Source: an uncultured Azospirillum sp. | GTDB lineage: Bacteria; Pseudomonadota; Alphaproteobacteria; Rickettsiales; UBA3002 | Reading direction: 5' to 3' | NCBI GenBank assembly: GCA_964530085.1 | Contig: CAZGXX010000007.1 | Location: 1,410-65,409 of the forward strand | Length of the DNA stretch: 64,000 bases | In this document: positions 42,894-52,095 of the stretch, one piece after another | Numbering within the stretch: position 1 is the first letter of the stretch | How the letters are laid out: each line of letters opens with the position of its first letter | The notes under the pieces: generated by a model | The model's database searches: none | The model's input: the letters and a program-made list of their open reading frames with translations, nothing else | Told to the model about the DNA's origin: nothing | Position numbers and translations under genes: made by a program

Positions 42894-42960
42894 GATTTTT
42901 TCTAGCATCTTCACGGATCATCGGATAATCCGATCATCCGATCATCCAGCGGAGTTCCCC

Positions 42961-44619
42961 ATGGCAAATCATCAGTTCGTCTACGTCATCAAAGGCCTCA
43001 CCAAAACCTATCCGGGCGGGAAAACCGTGCTCAAGGATATCTGGCTGAGCTTTTTGCCCGGCGCGAAGATCGGCATTGTCGGCCATAACGGCGCGGGGAA
43101 ATCGACCCTGCTTAAAATCATGGCGGGGATGGATACGGAATTCAACGGCGAGGCGTTCGCTGCCGAGGGGCTGAAAGTTGGCTTCCTCCAGCAGGAACCC
43201 AAACTCGATGAGACACGAAGCGTCCTTGAGAACGTGATGGACGGCCTCAAGGAAAAGCAGGCGCTGCTCGACCGCTATAACGAAATCATGGCCGATTATT
43301 CGGATGACGTGGCGGACGAAGCCGCGAAGCTGCAGGACGCCATCGACCATGCGGGCGCGTGGGATTTGGAGCGCGAGGCCGAAGTAGCGATGGACGCGCT
43401 GCGCTGCCCGGATGGCGCGGCGAATGTGGCGAAGCTTTCGGGCGGTGAGAAGCGGCGCGTGGCGCTGGCGGCACTGCTGCTCAGCAAGCCCGACATGCTG
43501 CTGCTCGATGAACCGACCAACCATTTGGATGCTGAATCCGTCGCGTGGCTGGAGAATTACCTGCGCAATTACCCCGGCACGGTGGTGATGGTGACGCACG
43601 ACCGCTACTTCCTCGATAATATTACGGGCTGGACGCTGGAGCTTGATCGCGGTGAAGGCCGTCCGTATGAGGGCAACTACTCCGGCTGGCTGGAGCAGAA
43701 AGCGCGCCTGCTGAAGCAGGAAGCGAAGGAAGAATCCGCCCGTGCGAAAGCGATGGAAGAGGAACTGGAATGGGTGCGTAGCTCGCCCAAAGCGCGTCAG
43801 GCGAAAAGCAAGGCGCGGATCAAGGCCTATGAAACCATGGTGGCGGAGCAGAGCGAAAAACGCGCGAGCACCGCGCAGATTATTATTCCGGCGGGCCCAC
43901 GCCTTGGCCAGCAAGTCATCGAGGCGAATGGCCTCAAGAAAGGCTTCGGCGACCGGCTGCTCATCGATAATCTCAGCTTCAGCCTGCCTCCGGGTGGTAT
44001 TGTGGGCATCATCGGCCCCAACGGCGCGGGGAAAACCACGCTGTTTCGCATGATTACCGACAACGAAAAAGCGGATGCGGGGACGTTCACCGTGGGTTCC
44101 ACCGTGAAGCTCGGTTATATCGACCAGTCGCGCGATTCGCTGAATGACAAGGCCACCGTGTGGGAAGAAATCTCCGGCGGCGCGGATGTGATCGAGCTCG
44201 GTAAGGCGAGCATGAAAAGCCGCGCCTACTGCTCGGCGTTCAACTTCAAGGGCCCCGACCAACAGAAAAAAGTCGGCAGCCTCTCAGGCGGAGAACGCAA
44301 TCGCGTGCATCTCGCGAAAATGCTCAAAACCGGCGCCAACGTGCTGCTGCTCGATGAACCGACCAACGATCTTGATGTGGAGACACTGCGCGCGCTTGAG
44401 GAAGCACTGCTCGATTTCGCGGGCTGCGCCGTGGTCATCAGCCACGACCGCTGGTTCCTCGACCGCGTGGCGACGCATATCCTCGCCTTTGAGGGCGATT
44501 CTCATGTGGAATGGTTCGAGGGCAACTACGCCGATTACGAGGAAGACAAGAAGAAACGCCTCGGTGAAGCGTCGGTGCAGCCCAAGCGGATTCGCTATAA
44601 GAGCCTGCTTGCGGCGTAA
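42961..44619 (+). CDS. ettA: energy-dependent translational throttle protein EttA (ABC-F)
   Basis: Trimmed to [56 protein letters not shown], which is collinear with E. coli EttA. About 552 aa. Confidence 0.95.
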   Translation: MANHQFVYVIKGLTKTYPGGKTVLKDIWLSFLPGAKIGIVGHNGAGKSTLLKIMAGMDTEFNGEAFAAEGLKVGFLQQEPKLDETRSVLENVMDGLKEKQALLDRYNEIMADYSDDVADEAAKLQDAIDHAGAWDLEREAEVAMDALRCPDGAANVAKLSGGEKRRVALAALLLSKPDMLLLDEPTNHLDAESVAWLENYLRNYPGTVVMVTHDRYFLDNITGWTLELDRGEGRPYEGNYSGWLEQKARLLKQEAKEESARAKAMEEELEWVRSSPKARQAKSKARIKAYETMVAEQSEKRASTAQIIIPAGPRLGQQVIEANGLKKGFGDRLLIDNLSFSLPPGGIVGIIGPNGAGKTTLFRMITDNEKADAGTFTVGSTVKLGYIDQSRDSLNDKATVWEEISGGADVIELGKASMKSRAYCSAFNFKGPDQQKKVGSLSGGERNRVHLAKMLKTGANVLLLDEPTNDLDVETLRALEEALLDFAGCAVVISHDRWFLDRVATHILAFEGDSHVEWFEGNYADYEEDKKKRLGEASVQPKRIRYKSLLAA

Positions 44620-44640
44620 ATTGTCATAAAAAATTCACAC
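44619..44640 (+). promoter_or_regulatory. Pho-box-like direct-repeat element (variant copy 5)
   Basis: AATTGTCATAAAAAATTCACAC, overlapping the ettA stop codon. The weak hexamer TACGAA follows 22 nt downstream. Confidence 0.35.
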
Positions 44641-44689
44641 TTCTTGCGCGGCGGTTCTGCTACGAAACCGCCAAACGCAGGAGTGTGCT

Positions 44690-45022
44690 ATGAAAATTTA
44701 TTATAAAATCCCACTGCCGGAAGGCAAAATGATTGCCGAGTTGAGCAGCCCAGAGCTTTGCCAGCAGCGCGATGCGTTCACGCATTGGTTGGATCAGCAG
44801 CCGGTTCATATTCACAACGAGGACAAGCCGTTTCTCAACGCATTCAAGACGCTGATTCAGTATAATCAGGGTAACGTCAACTTTTTACCTGAGCAGGCGA
44901 AAGAGGCGGCCGCGTTATTGAGCAAAGGTTTTAGCTTTAATAGTGATAAGAAGGAGCACCACGAGCCTAAAGGGCAGCGGAAAAAACCTCAACCGAAAGA
45001 TGTGTTAAGAGGTGGTAGGTAG
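44690..45022 (+). CDS. hypothetical protein (orphan, basic C-terminal tail)
   Basis: 110-aa ORF with AGGAG 7 nt upstream. No family recognised. Confidence 0.5.
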   Translation: MKIYYKIPLPEGKMIAELSSPELCQQRDAFTHWLDQQPVHIHNEDKPFLNAFKTLIQYNQGNVNFLPEQAKEAAALLSKGFSFNSDKKEHHEPKGQRKKPQPKDVLRGGR

Positions 45023-45039
45023 CCTAGAAACTGAGCTAG

Positions 45040-45618
45040 CTACGATTGTGAAGCCACTTGGGATTTCAGTGCGTCGATCAGCCCGTCGATGCCTTTTTGG
45101 TCGATGATGCTGCTGAACTCCGACCGCTGGGTGGCGAGCAGGCTCACGCCTTCAACGATGATGTCGTTGATTTTGCCGCCGCTCACGCGGTAATCCACCA
45201 GCACTTTCTGGCCGTTCGTGTCGTTGATTTCCATACTCACGAGATCGACCGGCCCATCGCTACGCGCGCCTTTCATGGTGTAGGTCTGCCCCGAATAGCG
45301 GGCGAGACGCCCGGCGTAGTTTTTCAGGATGAAGGGTTTGTATGCGGCGACATAGGCGGAACGCTGAGCCTCCGTCGCGGTGCGCCAGTATTTTCCCATC
45401 GCGAATTTAGCGACAAAGTTGATGTCTACTTTGTTGGCAAAAATCGCTTCGATCTTCCGGGTGCGGGCGGCTTTGTCGCCATCCGCCTGCACGATGTTCA
45501 GCACCTGCTTGGCCAGGCCATCGACAAAGTTCTTCGACGCAGTGGCATCCGCATGCGCGACTTGCGCAAGGGTGAGGCACAGCAAGGCAGCACACGCGTT
45601 CGCAAAAAAGCGGGTCAT
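45040..45618 (-). CDS. mlaC: MlaC/Ttg2D phospholipid-binding periplasmic protein
   Basis: Trimmed to MTRFFANACAALLCLTLAQVAHA (signal peptide, GGAGAA upstream). FVAKFAMGKYWR...YKPFILKNYA is typical of MlaC. Confidence 0.85.
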   Translation of the reverse strand: MTRFFANACAALLCLTLAQVAHADATASKNFVDGLAKQVLNIVQADGDKAARTRKIEAIFANKVDINFVAKFAMGKYWRTATEAQRSAYVAAYKPFILKNYAGRLARYSGQTYTMKGARSDGPVDLVSMEINDTNGQKVLVDYRVSGGKINDIIVEGVSLLATQRSEFSSIIDQKGIDGLIDALKSQVASQS

Positions 45619-45631
45619 CTGTTTCTCCAAC

Positions 45632-46339
45632 TTATTCGAAAGAGTTATCGCCGCCACCGTTGCCGATCAGGCGCGTACGGCGCTGTTCGTATACGCTGCG
45701 GAAGGTCGTGTACGGGTCGAGCGAAGAATTGTAGACATCATCGATCGGGTCGAGCCAGCGTTCGCGCGTGATGAGGCCCTGACCAACCGCGAGTTCGATC
45801 TCCTCGTTTGAATCGAGGTAGTAATGCGCCGGGTTGGCGAAATAATCCGCCACGCGGCCCGTGGTATCACGCAGGTTCGACGGCCCGAGGATCGGCAGAA
45901 CAATATAAGGTCCGGAGCCAATACCCCAGGTTGCGAGTGTCTGCCCGAAATCTTCGCTACGGCGCGCGAGCCCGGCTTCGCTGGCTACGTCGTTGATGCC
46001 ACCCAGGCCAATGGTGGTGTTAATGAGAAAGCGCCACATGGTGGTCATTCCCTGAGTGATATCGCCCTGTAGTAGGGCGTTCACCATGTTGACAGGCTCG
46101 TAGAGGTTGTCTGATACATTGCCGATATGGGTGCGCACCACTTGCGGCGTGATATAACGGTAGCCCAGTGCGACCGGGCGAATCAGGTACGTATCGGTCA
46201 CGCGGTTGAAGCCAAAAATAACGCGGTTCATCGGCTCAAGCGGATCCCCGTCGCCTGCACGGGCGGGAGCAGCAACGCCTGTCATCATCAGCGCAGCAGC
46301 AAGGGTGGGGAGGATTTTCTTCACAACAGCAAGCGACAT
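45632..46339 (-). CDS. mlaA: MlaA/VacJ outer-membrane lipoprotein
   Basis: DPLEPMNRVIFGFNRVTD...TTIGLGGINDVA...DFGQTLATWG...GPYIVLPILGPSNLRD. Confidence 0.9.
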   Translation of the reverse strand: MSLAVVKKILPTLAAALMMTGVAAPARAGDGDPLEPMNRVIFGFNRVTDTYLIRPVALGYRYITPQVVRTHIGNVSDNLYEPVNMVNALLQGDITQGMTTMWRFLINTTIGLGGINDVASEAGLARRSEDFGQTLATWGIGSGPYIVLPILGPSNLRDTTGRVADYFANPAHYYLDSNEEIELAVGQGLITRERWLDPIDDVYNSSLDPYTTFRSVYEQRRTRLIGNGGGDNSFE

Positions 46340-46580
46340 AACATTTCCCTACAAAAGCGGTCTCTGAACGACTCACCTAGAGCCTTTCTATAGCAAAATC
46401 TAGCAGGAAAGAATAAATTTCTCGTTAACGTACCGATGGTTATTTTTGTACTTCTATCGGATGGGCGATACAAAAAAGGCGAGATTCCGCCTTGTGTTTA
46501 TGATGCTGTAAGGTCTGTAAGGCAATGAAGACAGAAAACGATAAATTCCACCTGTTGCGGTTTTGCAACAAGGCTGTGAC

Positions 46581-47267
46581 CTAGTTGTCTGCCCCGCGGA
46601 GGATGCGGATGACCACACGGCGGTTCAGGTTCTGGTTGCCGGGTAGTGGATTGCCCGCCGCGTCGTGATTCGCTGCTTTGGGTTTGGTATCGGCCAAGCC
46701 AATGACGCGGAGTTTGTTCGCCGGAAAATGCTGCGCGATGAAATAGCGGGCAACGTTAGCAGCGCGTGCAGAAGAAAGCTCCCAGTTGGAGGGAAATTGT
46801 GGCGTGGAAACGGCAGCATCATCCGTGTGGCCTTCCACTTCGATCAGCACGTCTTCCTTAGCGAGCGGTGCGATTTGTTCGCTGACAACGGTGAGCATCG
46901 GCAGTGCGGTAGGCACGAATTTAGCGGAGTCTTTCTCGAAAAAGGCGCTGGTGGCGAGCTCGATCTCTACACCGCCCGGCGTTTCCTGCGGCGCCATGAA
47001 CTGGTCGTACCCTTTGAGGCCGATGCCTTTGACAATTTGCTTTTTGGCTTCTTCCAGCGGGTCAAGCTGCGGGGTTTCCGCATCGTAAAACCCGGAATCA
47101 CGCAACGATTTGGCGATATTTGCCATGGTTTGCGGCGTGGTGGAGGTGAGCGCATACATGATGAGGAAGAAGCACATCATCAGTACGCACATATCGGCGA
47201 AGGTGATTAGCCAGCCTTCGTCTTCCGGCTCGTGCTTCGGGCGACGATGCAGCGGCGTGGTGTCCAT
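46581..47267 (-). CDS. motB: MotB/PomB-like stator protein with an OmpA-like peptidoglycan-binding domain
   Basis: The plug/TM segment WLITFADMCVLMMCFFLIMYAL with the conserved Asp. The C-terminus reads GHTDD...SNWELSSARAANVARYF...NRRVVI. Confidence 0.8.
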   Translation of the reverse strand: MDTTPLHRRPKHEPEDEGWLITFADMCVLMMCFFLIMYALTSTTPQTMANIAKSLRDSGFYDAETPQLDPLEEAKKQIVKGIGLKGYDQFMAPQETPGGVEIELATSAFFEKDSAKFVPTALPMLTVVSEQIAPLAKEDVLIEVEGHTDDAAVSTPQFPSNWELSSARAANVARYFIAQHFPANKLRVIGLADTKPKAANHDAAGNPLPGNQNLNRRVVIRILRGADN

Positions 47268-48121
47268 TAGCTAGCCTGTGCAGGTGGCGGGGTAACCGGT
47301 GGCAATGTGGCATTCCCGCGCAGCTGGCGGTCGATATCGAAATGGTCTTTCGGTTCGAGGAAGGAATTGAGGCGATCCTGCATAAAGCGTGGTGATTTTT
47401 TGTCCGAAAGTAGGGCGAGGCCCTCCACCACCATCAGGTTGCGGAAACGCTCGGTCTCTTCTTTCTGCATCAGCTTGTTGGCGGCCGGGATAAACAGCAT
47501 CCGTGCTGCGAACACGCCATAGAGCGTGGCAACCAGCGCGAGCGACATACCGGAGCCGACCACCGCGGGCAGGTCTTTCGCGCCGCCGCCGAGCTGGTTC
47601 AAAATGGCGATGAGGCCGACCAGCGTCCCGATCATCCCGAAGCTCGGTGCGCTGGCGCCCATATTGCGCAGCACCTGCACTGGCGCGGTTTTATGCTCGA
47701 AGCTTGATTCTACCGCCGTCACCATCATCGCTTTCAGCTCCGCCGGCGGATGGTTGCTCACCACCAGCTCCATGCAATAGCGGATGATCGGGTCGCTCGT
47801 CGGCACAGTTTTGATTTCATTCTCAAGTGCAATGACGCCGCGCTGCTGCACCAGATACGACCATTTGATGAGGCGCATGATCTCCGTATTCAGCCCTTCG
47901 CGCGTCGAAGTGGGTTTTTTTACCATCCACCAGATGGCTTTGAAGGCGGTGAATACGTCGCGGCTGTGATAGCCCATGAAGGCCGCCGCAATGGAGCCGC
48001 CACCGACGATAAGCAGCGCGTGCAGATCAAGATAGATGAGTGGGTTGGAGGTGGCCGTGCCGACCGCAAAGAAAATCAGCGCCAGACCGAAGATGACCCC
48101 AAGAAGTGATGAAAGCGACAT
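47267..48121 (-). CDS. motA: MotA/PomA-like proton-channel stator protein
   Basis: Trimmed to MSLSSLLGVIFGLALIFF, which aligns with the PomA/MotA N-terminus. MotA/TolQ/ExbB C-terminal TM pair. A TAATG overlap links it to motB. The alternative start is 48145. Confidence 0.8.
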   Translation of the reverse strand: MSLSSLLGVIFGLALIFFAVGTATSNPLIYLDLHALLIVGGGSIAAAFMGYHSRDVFTAFKAIWWMVKKPTSTREGLNTEIMRLIKWSYLVQQRGVIALENEIKTVPTSDPIIRYCMELVVSNHPPAELKAMMVTAVESSFEHKTAPVQVLRNMGASAPSFGMIGTLVGLIAILNQLGGGAKDLPAVVGSGMSLALVATLYGVFAARMLFIPAANKLMQKEETERFRNLMVVEGLALLSDKKSPRFMQDRLNSFLEPKDHFDIDRQLRGNATLPPVTPPPAQAS

Positions 48122-48179
48122 AGTAGCCCTGTTCGAGTGCCCCATTGTAATTTATATTCGCCCCGATATTATACGCGCC

Positions 48180-48914
48180 ATGAGCCAGACACAAGTACCC
48201 ATCATCGGTTTCACCCTCGATTACGAAGAAGCAGGCGGATATTCGAAATATCCGTGGTATGCGCTGCGCGATAATTACTGCGGCAGCATCGCCCGTCATG
48301 GCGGCGCACCGCTAGGATTGCCGCACGAAGTGGCGTATGTGGAGCAGTATCTCGACCTCATGCGTGGCCTGATTATCACAGGCGGCAATTTTGATGTGCC
48401 GCCCGAGATGTATGGCGACAGCACCGTCCACGCCAAAGTCACCACCAAACCGCGCCGCAGCCAGTTCGAATGGGCGATCACCAAAGGCGCGCTCGAACGC
48501 GGCATGCCCATCCTCGGCATCTGCGGTGGGCAGCAATTGCTCAACGTCATCCTCGGCGGCACGCTGATTCAGCACATCCCCGACAGCATCAAGAACCCGT
48601 TGGCGCATGAGCAGCCCAACCCCCGCCACGAAGTGGGGCACGAGGTGGCGATTGTGGCAAACACCAAGCTTTATGAAATCATCGGCAAAGCCTCGGCGCA
48701 GGTGAACAGCGCGCACCATCAGGCGGTGGCGAAAGTGGCGGAGGGCGTGGTCATCAACGCCCGCGCGCCAGATGGCGTGATCGAGGGGATTGAATACCCC
48801 GCGCACCCGTTCTGCCTCGGCGTGCAGTGGCACCCGGAGTTTGAGGTGACGAAGGCGGATAATGCGATTCTCACCGCGTTTGTTGCGGCGGCGAAGGCGT
48901 ATCGCGCATCATGA
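48180..48914 (+). CDS. class I glutamine amidotransferase, gamma-glutamyl-GABA hydrolase (PuuD/C26) family
   Basis: Internal start MSQTQVPIIGF. ILGICGGQQLLN (nucleophile Cys)...NSAHHQAV...GVQWHPE. Confidence 0.85.
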   Translation: MSQTQVPIIGFTLDYEEAGGYSKYPWYALRDNYCGSIARHGGAPLGLPHEVAYVEQYLDLMRGLIITGGNFDVPPEMYGDSTVHAKVTTKPRRSQFEWAITKGALERGMPILGICGGQQLLNVILGGTLIQHIPDSIKNPLAHEQPNPRHEVGHEVAIVANTKLYEIIGKASAQVNSAHHQAVAKVAEGVVINARAPDGVIEGIEYPAHPFCLGVQWHPEFEVTKADNAILTAFVAAAKAYRAS

Positions 48915-49648
48915 CTACTGAACGCATTGCAAAGTTTTTATCGGCGGCGGGGGTGTGCTCGCGCCGCGATGCGGAGAAGCTCGTCGAGCAGGGGCGCGTG
49001 GAGGTGAACGGCGAAACGCTCACCACGCCTGCGGTGCTGGTTGGCGATAAAGACGTAGTCAAAGTGGATGGCAAAAAAATACATGCCTCCACACGCAGCG
49101 TGGCACGCCTCTTTGTCTACCATAAGCCCGCCGGGCTGGTGACGACGCATAAGGACGAGCGCGGGCGGGCGACGGTGTTTGAACATTTGCCGCGCGATTT
49201 GCCGCGGGTGATTTCTGTCGGGCGGCTGGACCTCGATAGTGAGGGCCTGCTGCTGCTGACGACGAGCGGGGCGCTGGCACGCGCGATGGAGCTGCCGAAG
49301 AATGCGGTGTCGCGCATCTATCGCGTGCGGGTGCGCGGCACGCCGATGGAGACGCATTTGCAGCAGCTCGAGCGCGGCGTGAAGGTGGATGGCGTGGTCT
49401 ATCAGCCAATCGACGTGGAAATGGACAAGGCGCAATCTGGCGGGCGAAATTGCTGGCTGACGCTGACGCTGCGCGAAGGCAAGAACCGCGAAATCCGCCG
49501 CATTTTCGAGCATTTCGACCTGCCCGTCAGCCGCCTCATCCGCATCGGCTATGGCGAGTTTGAACTGCAGGATTTACCCGTCGGCGAACTCGCCGAAGTC
49601 CCCGCCGCGATGGTGGCGGGGTTGATAAACCAGCTGGGAGTAGCATGA
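48911..49648 (+). CDS. RsuA/RluB-family pseudouridine synthase
   Basis: The S4 domain (IAKFLSAAGVCSRRDAEKLV) and the catalytic block VGRLDLDSEGLLLLT. Confidence 0.9.
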   Translation: MTTERIAKFLSAAGVCSRRDAEKLVEQGRVEVNGETLTTPAVLVGDKDVVKVDGKKIHASTRSVARLFVYHKPAGLVTTHKDERGRATVFEHLPRDLPRVISVGRLDLDSEGLLLLTTSGALARAMELPKNAVSRIYRVRVRGTPMETHLQQLERGVKVDGVVYQPIDVEMDKAQSGGRNCWLTLTLREGKNREIRRIFEHFDLPVSRLIRIGYGEFELQDLPVGELAEVPAAMVAGLINQLGVA

Positions 49649-50202
49649 TGCGCATTATTGCCGGACAGTATAAAGGCCGCAAACTGGCGACACCGACGAG
49701 CGACGCGATTCGCCCGACCTCGGATCGCACGCGCGAATCCGTGTTCAATCTGCTGATGCACGGGGCGTATGGTGGCGAGGCCATCATCGGCCAGCATGTG
49801 GTGGATCTCTGCTGCGGCACGGGGGCGATGGGGCTCGAGGCGCTGTCGCGCGGGGCGCGCATCGCGACGTTCGTGGACAAGGATAAACGCGCGCTGGAAC
49901 TGGCGCGGGATAACGTGACCCATTGCGGCGCGAACAACGCCGCGTTTTTTGTGCAGGCGGATGCGACGCGCCTACCCACCGCGCGTGAGGCTGCAGCGCT
50001 CGTGCTGTTCGACCCACCGTATGACCAGCCGATTCTGCCGCAGGCCTTCGCGAGTTTGCGTGCCGGTGGTTGGCTCACCGCCGGTACGCTGCTCGTGTGC
50101 GAGCAGGCGCATTACACCCCCGCCGCCGCGCTGAGTGGTGCAGAAGTCATCGACGAGCGCAAATACGGCAAGACGAAGATTATTGTGTATCAGGTGCTGT
50201 AG
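49645..50202 (+). CDS. rsmD: 16S rRNA (guanine966-N2)-methyltransferase
   Basis: MRIIAGQYKGRKL...RPTSDRTRESVFN...DLCCGTGAMGLEALSRGA...FDPPY. Confidence 0.9.
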   Translation: MMRIIAGQYKGRKLATPTSDAIRPTSDRTRESVFNLLMHGAYGGEAIIGQHVVDLCCGTGAMGLEALSRGARIATFVDKDKRALELARDNVTHCGANNAAFFVQADATRLPTAREAAALVLFDPPYDQPILPQAFASLRAGGWLTAGTLLVCEQAHYTPAAALSGAEVIDERKYGKTKIIVYQVL

Positions 50203-50235
50203 GGCTATATAGCCACTATCAACCCGGAGGTTCTC

Positions 50236-51129
50236 ATGCCGATGTTCGCTTTTCTTGTGACGCTGTTCATTCTGTTCACCCCGCTGATGTTCTTCATCGT
50301 GCGCACATCGGAAGTGGCGGTGGTGCAGCGCTTTGGGAAGTTTATCCGCATCGCGCATCCGGGGCTCAATATCAAAATTCCGATTGTCGATATGATCGCT
50401 GGGCGAGTGTCGCTGCGCGTGAACCAGATCACGCTTACCATGGAAACCAAAACCAAAGACAACGTGTTTGTGACCATTCCGATCTCGGTGCAAAACCGCG
50501 TGCGCGAAGAAAAAGCCTATGACGCATTCTACAAACTGGCGAATCCCGTCGCGCAAATTCAATCCTATGTGGAGCAGGTGATTCTGGGCCATGTGCCGAG
50601 CATGACGCTCGATGAAGTCTTCGCCAGCCAGTCGAGCATCGCGGCGACGGTGAAGAAGGAGCTGGATGTCGATATGGCCGAGTTTGGTTATGAAATCGTC
50701 AACGTGCTCGTCACCGATATTATCCCGGACTCGAAAGTGAAGGCGGCGATGAACGACATCAACGCCGCGCAGCGCGATCAGGTTGCGGCCAATGCGCGCG
50801 GGGAGGCGGAGAAAATCCTCGTCGTGAAAAAGGCGGAAGCCGAGGCCGAGAGCAAGGCACTGCAAGGGCAGGGGACTGCGAATCAGCGTCGCGCGATTAT
50901 CGAGGGGCTGCAGAATTCCATCGGCGAATTCCAGAAAGTGGTGAGTGGCACCTCGGCGAGCGAGGTGATGCAGCTGGTGCTCGTCACGCAATATTTCGAT
51001 ACGCTGCGTGCGATTGGCGAGCTCAACAAAACCAACACGCTGTTCCTCTCGCACTCGCCCGCGGCGGTGAAGGATGTGTCGCAGCAGATTCTCGAATCCG
51101 TGCTCGGTGCAAGCAAGGTGGGGAACTAG
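50236..51129 (+). CDS. SPFH/band-7 (stomatin-like) membrane protein
   Basis: N-terminal TM helix, an SPFH core (VVQRFGKF...PGLNIKIPIVD), and a C-terminal coiled coil. Confidence 0.9.
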   Translation: MPMFAFLVTLFILFTPLMFFIVRTSEVAVVQRFGKFIRIAHPGLNIKIPIVDMIAGRVSLRVNQITLTMETKTKDNVFVTIPISVQNRVREEKAYDAFYKLANPVAQIQSYVEQVILGHVPSMTLDEVFASQSSIAATVKKELDVDMAEFGYEIVNVLVTDIIPDSKVKAAMNDINAAQRDQVAANARGEAEKILVVKKAEAEAESKALQGQGTANQRRAIIEGLQNSIGEFQKVVSGTSASEVMQLVLVTQYFDTLRAIGELNKTNTLFLSHSPAAVKDVSQQILESVLGASKVGN

Positions 51130-51154
51130 TTGTTTACTGCTACTCTCACGCAAT

Positions 51155-51182
51155 AAAAAAAGCCCCGAAAGGGGCTTTTTTC
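51155..51182 (+). terminator. Rho-independent terminator
   Basis: AAAAAA-AGCCCC-gaaa-GGGGCT-TTTTTT immediately after the SPFH gene. Confidence 0.7.
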
Positions 51183-51192
51183 ATGATGGGAA

Positions 51193-51267
51193 TGGAGCGG
51201 GCGAAGAGATTCGAACTCTCGACATTCACCTTGGCAAGGTGACACTCTACCACTGAGCTACGCCCGC
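51193..51267 (-). tRNA. tRNA-Gly (anticodon GCC)
   Basis: Hand fold of GCGGGCG TA GCTC AGTGGTA GAGT G TCACC TTGCCAA GGTGA ATGTC GAGAG TTCGAAT CTCTT CGCCCGC T CCA. 75 nt. Confidence 0.9.
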
Positions 51268-51422
51268 ATTTATTCCCATCAGGCGCGACACCATATCCAT
51301 GGATTTTAAAAATGCAAGCCCTGTTGTGAGATAATCGTCACCAAAGCAAGAAATACAATGATTTCTGCGGGAGACATGCCAAAACGCGGATGACGTAACC
51401 AGTAGAACATATCACTCTACCG

Positions 51423-51617
51423 TTAACGCATGGCGACGAGTGAGGCATTGCTGACCTTCACCGTCGTGCTCGCCGCAACCACTTCGTCCCACTTGATCGT
51501 AGCCATTTGCTGCGAGGTTGGAGTGATGAGCGTGGCTGTCGATGTTTTCTCCGCACAAGCGCTACACAGGAGCGCGGCGGTGAGTGCCATCATCCCTATC
51601 CATTTGCTATGCGTCAT
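51423..51617 (-). CDS. small putative exported/lipoprotein (64 aa)
   Basis: Trimmed to MTHSKWIGMMALTAALLCSACAEK, with GGAG 6 nt upstream. The lipobox is not canonical and the region is low in GC. Confidence 0.35.
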   Translation of the reverse strand: MTHSKWIGMMALTAALLCSACAEKTSTATLITPTSQQMATIKWDEVVAASTTVKVSNASLVAMR

Positions 51618-52095
51618 TGTCATCTCCGTTTTTGGCAGTTTTGTGTGCCTGAAGATGTTATGTGCGATGCAGCAATCAAAGAGTAGCGCAGGTTTGACAG
51701 CCCAGCCATGCAATAAAAGCATGGATAAATTTAAATTATGTATTTCAATGTTCTCCTGCGAATAAGGCAACGTGGTAAGGTCGTCGATTTAGCTCGATTG
51801 TTCTCGTTTCCCCTGCCCATGCCTCCCAAGGGCGTGCTGTGGATTGATTAAATAATAAATTGACTTCTCGAGAAAATACTCTATCAACGTCGCTGAGTAT
51901 TCTCTACATTCTTTGCATATGCCGGCTGCATCTAACACTTACTAGCAGCGTATCTACCGATACATAACGATCCACCCAGGTTGATCTCGACAGCGTTTGA
52001 TTTAAGAATAGCCGATCACGTATTCGGACGGAAATTCTCAAAAAACGTGGCTCATTCCGGGCTGCGTCAACGCTTTACTTGTCTAGGAGACAACA

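Noticed and set aside
14047-42946. Possible CRISPR arrays, considering the heptamer, octamer and palindromic repeat clusters
   Set aside because: The repeat units are 7-8 nt in direct tandem without spacers, or are inverted hairpins. There are no 24-48-nt repeats alternating with unique spacers and no cas genes.
42889-42960. Upstream start ([17 protein letters not shown]...) for the ettA ORF
   Set aside because: This extension is encoded by the palindrome end and the octamer array. EttA orthologues begin at the MANHQFVY-type sequence, so 42961 was chosen.
46506-46523. Tandem 9-mer CTGTAAGGT CTGTAAGGC upstream of mlaA
   Set aside because: It is a single occurrence with a 9-bp period, off the helical repeat. 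The resemblance to both motif families (CTGTAA, CCTTAC) may be coincidental, and no supportable function emerges.
51320-51345. CRP-like inverted repeat TGTGA-N8-TCAC near tRNA-Gly
   Set aside because: The spacing is wrong for CRP/FNR sites (N6/N4), the sequence occurs only once, and it is not positioned upstream of a convincing gene.
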